A program made the position numbers and the translations under genes. A DNA stretch of 58,654 bases, the filler included, from Basidiobolus ranarum (Eukaryota): assembly GCA_040143965.1 (NCBI GenBank). It is 7 parts of 7 records of this genome, joined end to end, with 100 filler letters (N's around TTAATTAATTAA, not from the genome) between each part and the next. Parts side by side here need not be neighbours in the genome. Positions count along the whole stretch, not along the records: positions 1 to 8,321 come from JASJQH010007860.1; positions 8,422 to 16,732 come from JASJQH010007861.1; 5 more parts are not named here. One strand, 5' to 3'. Below, one piece after another: positions 1 to 9,283 of the stretch. The notes beneath the pieces were generated by a model. The model was not told the DNA's origin. It saw only the letters and a program-made list of their open reading frames with translations, and searched no databases. Position 1 is the stretch's first letter; every line of letters starts with the position of its first letter.

Positions 1-279
1 ACACTATGTGTGGGATGACATGATTGGTTAGGTTTCATGGAATGTTCCAAAGAACATGACTTCCATATAAGGTAATCTGGATGAACTGACACCAGATTGC
101 CAAGAAGGGATGGCACAGTAGATTTGATGTCATAATCTAATAATAGAAGAGTTCCATATGCAGTGGATCAGTATGCCGAGATCAGAATCATGACAAGTAA
201 AGATTCAGAACTTAATCAAACTTATATATAATCTAATAGATTTATGTAGAAATATCAATTATTTCAATCATGAAACTAT

Positions 280-1710
280 TCAAATATGGCATAAGAGATT
301 TGGCCATATTGGATTTGATTATTTGAGCAATATGATCAACAATTGCCTAATTTCTGGAATTCAAATTAACCCCTGACCAAAACAGAAATTTGTGAGGGTT
401 GCATATATCAAAAACTAGCCAGGCAACTGTTCAAGAGCTCTGGTTTAATCAAATCTGTCAAAAATTTGGATCTAATTCATTCAGATTTATGTGGACCTAT
501 GCTAAATTTTTCTATAGGTGGAAAAAGATATTTAATCACATTTATTGATGATTATTCATGATACACTTAGGTCTACTTTATGGAAAGAAAAGAAGAAGCT
601 CTCTCTACCTTTAGAGATCTTAAAACACCTGTGGAGATTGAAACTGGAACTAAAATCAAGAAAATACATACTGATAATGGTGGAGAATAAACTTCTACAC
701 TATTTAAGCACTTTTGCAAAGTTCATGGAATTAAGCAAGAAGCTACTGCCCCCTATTCACCTCAACAAAATGGAGTTGCTGAAAGAGCTAACAGGACTAT
801 AATAGAAATGGCAGAATCTATAATAAATGCATAAAATTTTTCTCATAACTTTTGGGCAGAATCAGTTGCTACAGCTGTATAACTGAGGAATATTAGTTTG
901 ACTAGAAGTCTGTCTAACTCTACACCATATCAAGCTTGATTTGAAGTTAAACCTGATGCAAAACATTTGAGAATCTTTGGATGCATTGCTTATGTCAAAA
1001 TTGTGACCAAAAATTGGTCTCAATTTGATCCAAAAAGTTAGAAATGTATATTTCTGGGTTATTGTACTCAAACTAAGGCCTACAGACTCTATGATACCAA
1101 AATTTCATAGTAAATCAAGTCCAGGGATGTTATGGTTAACCAAAATGAAGATGTTTCACCCAAAATGACCTCACATGATGATGAAAATCAATTTTCTCCT
1201 GATTGAATCATTCAAATTGATTGAAACCAAAACAATGAGGAAAATAGCATTCCTGTGGATCCTTCTGTTGAAATTAGCATTGCCTGAATACCTATATAGT
1301 CATATATAGCTTAGTACTTAGTTATCTTATAATTCACTAGTATAGCAGTTTCACTAGAAGTCTATCTAACTCTACATAATATCAAGCTTGGTTTGGAGTT
1401 AAACCTGATGTAAAACATTTGAGGATCTTTGGATGCACTGCTTATATCAAAATTATGACCAAAAATTAGTCTAAATTTGATCCAAAAAGTAAGAAATGCC
1501 TATTTCTGGGTTATTGTACTCAAACTGAGGACTATAGACTCTATGGTACCAAAATTTCATAGTTAATCAAGTCCAGGGATGTTTTGTTCAATGAAAATGA
1601 AAAAATTGCACCCAAAATGACCTCAGATGATGATGAAAATCAATTTTCTCTTGATCCAATCATTCAAATTGATGCTAACCAAAACAATGAAGAAAGTAGT
1701 ATTCCTGTAA
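280..1710 (+). mobile_element. Degenerate Ty1/copia pol fragment (GAG-pre-integrase and integrase) with internal duplication
   Basis: Motifs IWHKRFGHIG (~284), LDLIHSDLCGP (~466), PQQNGVAERANRT (~760), KHLRIFGCIAY (~961) and FDPKS*KCIFLGY (~1024), with many stops and frameshifts. Segment ~901-1258 is repeated at ~1353-1708. Confidence 0.92.
1266..1340 (+). mobile_element. 5' fragment of copia LTR (same family as the contig 3 LTRs)
   Basis: TGTTGAAATTAGCATTGCCTGAATACCTATATAGTCATATATAGCTTAGTACTTAG closely matches the LTR start at 23928. Confidence 0.85.
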
Positions 1711-2357
1711 ATGAGCATGTTGATAGTCTTGCTATGTTTTAACTATGTTCTGCACTAACTTGAGTTGTATAATCTATGCAGGCACTACCCAAACAACAAA
1801 TGTATCTAATAATCATAATTTTAATTTGAAATAATTATGTGGCCAGATTGTATGGCTTCCTATTACATTTCAGTTTTTGTCAAGTAGGAGTGGGAAGAAC
1901 AGCAGTTACTAAATGGAAATTTAACTTATGTAGAGCTTATTTTGAGTATTTGTATCTGACATAGTACAGATGAGTTGGAAACTCAGATATATCACTTTTC
2001 AACAGCTTTTGGAATGGTCAAACTACTGAATATTTCACATTCAAAGGGCTTGTTATTGAAAACTCATGAATGTTTATAGTCGAATACTGCTGTATGTTCA
2101 CAGTGTCTGTTGTAAGACTGTTTGAATACACGCTTATATCATTCCCAAAAAGAAGTAGAATTATTAGGCATTGGGAAACTATTGATAGCTACTACAAAGA
2201 GTATCAAATCAAGTATCAAACCTCATACTAATCCATTTTAAATATGATTGTTGTGAACCAGCATTTAATGTTGAATGGCTCATGCAATTACTACATATAC
2301 GCATCTGTCTATTTTATCTACTATTCATACGGCCTGATAGTATGAACTCCTACTTTT

Positions 2358-2578
2358 CCTATTGTAATCCATATTACCAGGGTTAGGGTTAGGACTTCCA
2401 TATTACCAACTGACAACCTATATTGGTAATCCATATTATAAATCAACATCCTCTATTAGTGAGGTGCATTATCCATTAACCTCTGATATTAGTAACCTAC
2501 ATTATAAATCCACATCCTATACTAGTAATGCTCATTACGAATCAATATTCTATATTAGTAGTCCTCATTACTAATTGT
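2358..2578. repeat. Imperfect 33-bp minisatellite containing a short TTAGGG tract
   Basis: Consecutive units such as CCTATATTGGTAATCCATATTATAAATCAACAT / CCTCTATTAGTGAGGTGCATTATCCATTAACCT / CTGATATTAGTAACCTACATTATAAATCCACAT. AGGGTTAGGGTTAGG lies at 2379-2393. Confidence 0.7.
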
Positions 2579-3109
2579 TCGTCTCTAAATAGAAGGAGAC
2601 AGCAGCTTGCTCGATGTGCTGGTCAACGACGACTCTCTTATGGGCGACCGCCAGATTAAGGAAAAGCCATGAGAAGATTAAGACAAAGTAATCGTACTCA
2701 AATGCTTAACTCTTATTTGGAAAAATTAGAAATATCAGTTTCCGATTAATAAAATTATACTTTTAGATGGTTAGTGTTCGGTGCGACTGCTTCTGTATAC
2801 CGAAATCCAAGTTTGGATAAAAGTGGCTTTGAACCCAAATGGAGACCGATGCTTATTTTATTTTAGTAAACTACTCCTAAACCTTATTCCACGGGTTCCA
2901 TTTATATCTTACTAATGAGGTAATTGCTTCCTTTCTATATACCGATCTTTCCAAACATGGCTGGTAAACCCTGCTTTATACATTATGGGTTACGGCTAGC
3001 TGCAGATAAAATAATAATAATCAGCCGTGCACTTTCTATTAAAATAAGCCTGTTGACATTATTTTCCACCAGAAACTATTGCATCGTAAAACTCAAGAAA
3101 GAAAGAAAT

Positions 3110-5113
3110 ATGAGATATATAATTATTGGAGGTGTAGCCGGTGGAGCCACAGCAGCCGCCCGATTGAGAAGAGCAGATGAGATGGCTGAGATCATTTTGT
3201 TGGAGAAGGGTCCCCATATCTCTTATGCCAACTGTGGTTTACCATATTATATAGGCGGTGTCATTGCCGAACGTGGAAAGTTGCTGCTGCAGACTCCAGA
3301 ATCATTCGGCAAGCGTTTCCGTATTGACGTAAGGATAGAGAACGAAGTAATTGCCATTCATCCGGAGAATAAAAACCTGACTATCCGTAAGGCAAGTGGA
3401 GAGGAGTACAAAGAGACCTACGACAAACTTCTGTTGTCTCCAGGAGCCAATCCTGTGAAGCCACCATTGGAGGGTATCAATACAGAAGGCATTTTTACGC
3501 TACGTAATGTGGAAGATACCGACCATATCAAAGCCTATATTACTGAGAAGCAAGTGAAGCGCGCCGTTGTCGTGGGTGCAGGATTTATCGGACTGGAAAT
3601 GGCGGAGAACCTGCATCATGCCGGTGTGGCTGTTTCCGTAGTTGAGATGGGCAACCAGGTCATGGCTCCTATCGATTTTTCTATGGCAGCATACATTCAT
3701 CAACACTTAACACAAAAAGGCGTATCTCTATATCTGGAAGAAGGCGTCACCCACTTTCAGCGCACAGACAGTAGTATCACTGTTTTCCTGAAAAGTGGCA
3801 AGACTATTCCTGCCGATATGGTATTACTCTCTATTGGCGTGCGTCCAGCAACGGCACTGGCGCAACAAGCAGGCTTGAAGTTGGGAGAGACAGGTGGCAT
3901 CTGGGTAGATGAACACTTGGAAACCTCCCAAAAGGATATCTATGCAGTGGGTGATGCCATTGAATATCCTCATCCGTTGACCGGGAAACCATGGCTCAAC
4001 TATCTTGCGAATCCAGCTAATCGCCAAGGTCGTATCGTAGCCGATAACATGGTGTTTGGCAATACCGTCTCTTATGAAGGAGCTATCGGTACTTCCATTG
4101 CCAAAGTATTCGACATGACTGTAGCCTCTACGGGACTTGCAGCCAAGCGTTTGAAGCAATGGGACATGAAATATCGGAGTTCGGTAACTCACTCCTCTTC
4201 CCATGCTGGGTATTATCCGGATGCTTTACCTTTGACTCTGAAACTGACCTTTCACCCAGAGACCGGTAAGCTTTACGGTGCGCAATGTGTGGGCTACGAA
4301 GGTGTGGATAAGCGTATCGACCAGATAGCCGGACTTATTAAACATGGCGGGACCGTATACGACCTGATAGAAACGGAGCACACCTATGCTCCTCCTTTCT
4401 CATCTGCCAAAGATCCTATAGCCATTGGCGGCTATGTGGCTTCAAATATCATCAGCGGTGCCATGCCGGCTATTTCCTGGCGCGAACTCGTTGAAGAGAA
4501 AGACCAGGTGGTGATGTTCGATACCCGTACTGTCGGGGAATTTTCATTCGGTTCCATTCCGGGTGCCATCAATATCCCTGTGGATGAAATACGCGAACAT
4601 CTTGCTGAAATTCCGACGGATAAGCCTGTTATCCTATTCTGTGCCGTAGGACTGCGCGGCTATCTGGCTCAGCGCATTTTGATGGGACGCGGCTATCGTA
4701 ATGTACGCAATCTAATAGGCGGCTATAAGACCTATTCTACCAGTATAGCTCCAGTTCCGAAGCCCTCGACTGAGGTTATTTCACAGACATCAGCCTCTTC
4801 TTCGCAACCGGCCGCTACTTCCACAGAAGCGACTTCGGCTACCCCGAAGAAAGAGGTGTTGAAGATAAATGTCTGCGGACTGCAATGTCCCGGACCTGTT
4901 ATGCAGGTGAAGAAAGCGATGGATAGCATTGCTGCCGGTGAACGTGTGGAAATCGTAGCAACCGATGCAGGTATTGCCCGTGACGTTTCTGGCTGGTGTG
5001 ACGCTACGGGCAACAAACTGATTGAAAAGCATGAAGATAAAGGACGTTACACAGTGGTTCTTGAAAAAGGCGATTCTGTCACAAATTGTCCTTCCACTCC
5101 CACATTGAATTAG
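3110..5113 (+). CDS. cdr: Bacterial-type CoA-disulfide reductase / rhodanese / TusA(SirA) fusion, 667 aa (alternative upstream in-frame ATG at 2957)
   Basis: FAD motif IIGGVAGGATAA, redox Cys in SYANCGLPYY, NAD(P)H motif VVGAGFIGLE, IYAVGD, C-terminal YAPPFSS, rhodanese loop FCAVGLRG and TusA motif CGLQCPGP. Intronless and visibly more GC-rich than its flanks. Confidence 0.93.
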   Translation: MRYIIIGGVAGGATAAARLRRADEMAEIILLEKGPHISYANCGLPYYIGGVIAERGKLLLQTPESFGKRFRIDVRIENEVIAIHPENKNLTIRKASGEEYKETYDKLLLSPGANPVKPPLEGINTEGIFTLRNVEDTDHIKAYITEKQVKRAVVVGAGFIGLEMAENLHHAGVAVSVVEMGNQVMAPIDFSMAAYIHQHLTQKGVSLYLEEGVTHFQRTDSSITVFLKSGKTIPADMVLLSIGVRPATALAQQAGLKLGETGGIWVDEHLETSQKDIYAVGDAIEYPHPLTGKPWLNYLANPANRQGRIVADNMVFGNTVSYEGAIGTSIAKVFDMTVASTGLAAKRLKQWDMKYRSSVTHSSSHAGYYPDALPLTLKLTFHPETGKLYGAQCVGYEGVDKRIDQIAGLIKHGGTVYDLIETEHTYAPPFSSAKDPIAIGGYVASNIISGAMPAISWRELVEEKDQVVMFDTRTVGEFSFGSIPGAINIPVDEIREHLAEIPTDKPVILFCAVGLRGYLAQRILMGRGYRNVRNLIGGYKTYSTSIAPVPKPSTEVISQTSASSSQPAATSTEATSATPKKEVLKINVCGLQCPGPVMQVKKAMDSIAAGERVEIVATDAGIARDVSGWCDATGNKLIEKHEDKGRYTVVLEKGDSVTNCPSTPTLN

Positions 5114-5819
5114 ATGTACTTTGTTTTTTTCTTTATATACCCAAGTAAGGTTTATCACAAGAGGACAAAATAATTTTGAGAAGAAAATCACTATACACAA
5201 AATTTAACTGATTTAAAAAATAAATTTATACTCATTTTATTATGGCTTTTCAATTTAATATGCACATATAGAATACTATACTTTATTTACATTCCGAAGA
5301 ACTATGTGTTTTGTCTTGTACATATTATATTTCTAAATGCTTGTTTCACTAAACTGGAATTTTTCCTGTAACGCAGTTAGATATCATAGACTTATCCTAA
5401 CAAAACATTGAATCTTCCTGTAATACGGCCGAACAGTATGCAATATTTTTGTAGTGTGGTTCACAGGCAAGGAATTACCCTGTAACGCATCTAGAAAACT
5501 TGCAATTGCTCTTGAGCCCAGTCAAAAATTATGCAATTATCTGATAGTAGGATTTATCATGTGCATATTGAGACAAAACTAAGAATAATAAAAGAAACCA
5601 ATTCATGGTTCCAAACGGTATATCGATGAGCTTTCTCAGCAGTCAATGATTTTATCCAGTATTGTGTAGTCTCTCTCAGTCGGTTGACGAGAAAAGCGTA
5701 TTGATCAACCTATATTTCCAAGTAGGGAGTTATAATAGTCTTTTTATCCGTACACATGAATCAAACGCTGGCAAATATATGAGTGTTGAAATCAGCCAAT
5801 CGGCCACTATCTTACCTGC

Positions 5820-5869
5820 GTAGTATTCATGGGTAGTATTCATGGGTAGTATTTATGGGTAGTATTCAT
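5820..5869. repeat. 13-bp tandem repeat (GTAGTATTCATGG), ~4 copies
   Basis: gtagtattcatgg gtagtattcatgg gtagtatttatgg gtagtattcat. Confidence 0.85.
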
Positions 5870-6334
5870 ATTGCTTGAAGTAGAGAGCATTACCGAATGA
5901 TAGGAGTCAAGTTAACTGCCAAACTAGAATTATGACAATACTAGGCTATTCCATCAAACTAATATCTATTTACTAACTTATCTCCACATCCGTATCAAGC
6001 ACTTTCTGGATTAAACTGCAATACCCGTCAAATACTACGCAACAGGGGATACTTTTCTTACATCTACCATCATCCTAAACGCACACTTTAAGAGCCAACA
6101 AACTTCTAAATATATATGAATCAAGCTTGGTACACTGCCACAATGGCATATTAACGTGATGTTCACTCACCGTCAATACATTGTTTAGTATATAAATAAA
6201 ATTCACAGATTAATAATTCAACTACAGGTAATAAAAGTAACTATCCTTTATCAATTTTCATTCAAATTACTTACACTGGAATTTTGGTAATAAAAGTGAC
6301 CTTTGAAGCGTAACGTTCATGTACCAATTTCAAT

Positions 6335-6973
6335 ATGCAACTCGCCATCGCCTTGTTAGTTTCATCCACTGCTTTGATTTTAGTAATAGATGCAACACCT
6401 GTCAATTACTTTACCCCTGGAGCCAACGCACTCGCGACTACTCGCTATAGTGATAAGTCGTGTGAGCAGCACTTGGGGCCTTGTGAGCAAGGATCACAAA
6501 CGCGACAAGCTCCTTTATTTTTCGCAACTGAAAATTCTCAAACTCCAGTATTGAAGCAAGTATTCACTACTATCACCAGAAAACACGATAACCTCAATGC
6601 AGCTGAAGCTAAACGCAAGAAAAATATCAGTATTAAGTATTAAACTGGCCCCAGTGTTGAAATTGAAGGGGAGTTTACTAAATCGGCATCTGCAAAGCAA
6701 AGTGAATCAGATACTCCATTCGATTCGGGATATATCCCGAGTACACAGGAACTCTCCAATATACAAATGGAGTCAGAACAAAATAGACAGTTTGAAAACC
6801 CTACCGGAGATTACCAGTCAATAGAAACGACTGGCGGCCCAACTCAAAGTCAGCCCATTTTAATGGCAACCTATATTCAACCAGCAATTCGCCAACACCA
6901 ACGGTACAAGAAATACAGAAAATTCCGCCATAACTATCTCAAGCTCAGATATACCAGTGGCAAGAGATATTAA
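6335..6973 (+). pseudogene. Putative secreted protein interrupted by a single in-frame TAA (6641-6643)
   Basis: Signal-peptide-like start MQLAIALLVSSTALILVIDA. The same frame stays open after the TAA through ORF 6767-6973. TATAAA-like element near 6190. Confidence 0.5.
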
Positions 6974-8321
6974 CCTATAGCATTTACTTCACATCAACTT
7001 CTCTGAACCTTTAACCACATATTGTTAAGAATAAAAATTCCCCAACCAAAAGTGCTTTACCATGGATACAATTTCAATATGCCACATTTATATGAATTTT
7101 GAGTAGCGAACAGTTGAGCTGTGTTAGCGGGGCGTAAGTGTCATAGGAGGCGATATACAGTGCTCATCACGCATCAAGTGTTAATATTTGTTTATATGGT
7201 TTAGATTCAAAAATGAATACTTTCCATGTAGAATTTTTCATTATCAACATATCCTATTTCAAGACCAAACCTCAATCTTGACCAAGCTTCATAATCGTAT
7301 ATTTCCTAAAAAGCCCGCAATCAAGAAAACAAATGTTCAAACGCTTATATCTTACAAACTACACAGTGCAATATTACCAAATTTTAGGATTACAATTTGC
7401 CACTATTTACTTCTTATTAAGAATGACTTTAGCTCCCTGTCGTTTTACTTTTTTCATTTGTCAAATAGCAGATAATTAGTTTAGTTGTCAAAAAATTAAG
7501 ATTTGAATGCCGATAACCTCAAGGTAACATTATTTAGACAATATATGGCTGAATCTAGACCTAACATTATACAGACAATATATTGTTGAATCTATACTTA
7601 GTGTTCAGTTACTGTAGATGAGTTTCTAAGATATGCCGAATTGAAACGAAGCCATCACTAACAAAATTGATACTAAATTGTGGGTATAATTTTTTTATGT
7701 GGAATATAATACTAAGTAATGCGTACATCTCATCTATTACTTTAGTCTAATGAGCATTACTTTCTGGAGACTCTAGCTGAACGTCTTCGTAAGTGATAAT
7801 TGGCAATAGACTATTATTTTCAATAGTTACATTGTAACATCTTAATGGTAATCTAAGGGTTATATAAGTATATTGAAGCCCTTGTTCAAGATCAATCAAG
7901 TGAAGGTCATTGAGGAATCTGACATGGATAAGTGGTCAAAACCTGAGCAATACTAGCGAAAGTGCAAATAAATACAACATCAAGGGAGTATCAGTCTAAT
8001 CAAGCTCACAACGAATGAAGCGATTTAAACCAAAGTCAGACAGCGAATTAAACTTTTGGAAACTAACAATCTCCCTCACTATCATCTGCCGTTGGGGCTT
8101 TAATATGAACTAATTGAGTAAATATATTGAAGGAAATTTACTACCATATGATTATTCTGTTGAGTATTGGTTTATCGAAATTTTCAGTATATAAATTGGA
8201 TAATTGGGAAGAGGAAGGAGGCGGCGCATAGCGCTCACCTCCCACAAACAAAAATTTAACAGTCGAGACACCCCGAAGGATGTTCGCGTTAAGGACCCTG
8301 AGACGCTGTGCAATGCTCAAG

Positions 8322-8421
8322 NNNNNNNNNNNNNNNNNNNNNNNNNNNNNNNNNNNNNNNNNNNNTTAATTAATTAANNNNNNNNNNNNNNNNNNNNNNN
8401 NNNNNNNNNNNNNNNNNNNNN
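8322..8421. other. Artificial contig-joining linker (N44-TTAATTAATTAA-N44)
   Basis: The same 100-nt linker, with stops in all six frames, recurs at 16733-16832, 25139-25238, 33530-33629, 41915-42014 and 50288-50387. The segments it separates fall steadily in length (8321, 8311, 8306, 8291, 8285, 8273, 8267 nt), and genes are cut at the linkers. Confidence 0.98.
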
Positions 8422-8585
8422 AAGCTCTCAGGAACACCAAAAGAGATCTATCAGTCCAATTCAAGATGACCGATTTAGGCGAACTTATGTATTTTTTAGG
8501 TCTGCAGATCCATACAGATATATTGAGCAAATCTATCACTCTGAATCAATCTAAATACATCTCAGACATTCTCAGACGTTACAGA
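8422..8585 (+). mobile_element. Ty1/copia reverse transcriptase (RVT_2) fragment at contig start
   Basis: FKMTDLGELMYFLGLQI...ITLNQSKYISDILRRY is a typical copia RT segment. Confidence 0.85.
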
Positions 8586-9283
8586 CCGACTTTCTTAAAG
8601 TTTGTCTTTCCTGTACATATAAATCACTTGAACCCACTTGTTATTATGCTATATTATAACAGGCATGTCCTCTTCAGCTATTACTGACAACAACACTCGT
8701 ACAACAAGTACCCACTCTGAACAGGAATCGGAGCAAGTACCTGACGATCCGATGGACCTGGATGAAGAAAGTCCTACACCAGTTATACCTGAGTACGCAC
8801 TACGACGAAGAGGTGCAATGTCTATAGTGGACGGGTCCCTGCAAACATTTTTAGCCACTCGAGTATCCAGTGAAAAATAAGAAACTTTACAAAAGACCTT
8901 TTTTCGCTCATACTTATTTGTCTCCTTTCTGTATAGTGTCTTTATAACTTACCAACAACCTTTCGAATTCGTTACCCGTAGATAAAATCTATTTAAACGA
9001 AAGTTCATGTATCCACAATATTGTACCAGGATAACGTTTCTTGTATTCTTTCCCCTGGTAATATATAGTGGATTTTTATGGCGTTTATTTTCTCTTCTTG
9101 TTGGAATCATCCAACAACACTGGGAATATACTCATTCAAGATCGAACTTTTCAACAGGTACTTCTCTCTTCTACTTCGGAGGTCTTTCATAATGAAGCTT
9201 AAAAGAAACTCTCAGTATGGGTTAATGAAAAGCAGGCTTCTATTTATATACAATTGGATATTATCATTACGTGAGCTAAGAAC

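Noticed and set aside
3500-5200. Minus-strand ORFs overlapping the CoA-disulfide reductase
   Set aside because: They are antisense shadows of a GC-richer coding frame with no motifs. The same applies to shadows inside the forkhead, methyltransferase, deacetylase and fasciclin genes.
5820-5869. 13-bp repeats as a mini-CRISPR or iteron set next to the bacterial gene
   Set aside because: The units abut directly with no spacers, and there is no cas or rep gene. It is a simple tandem repeat.
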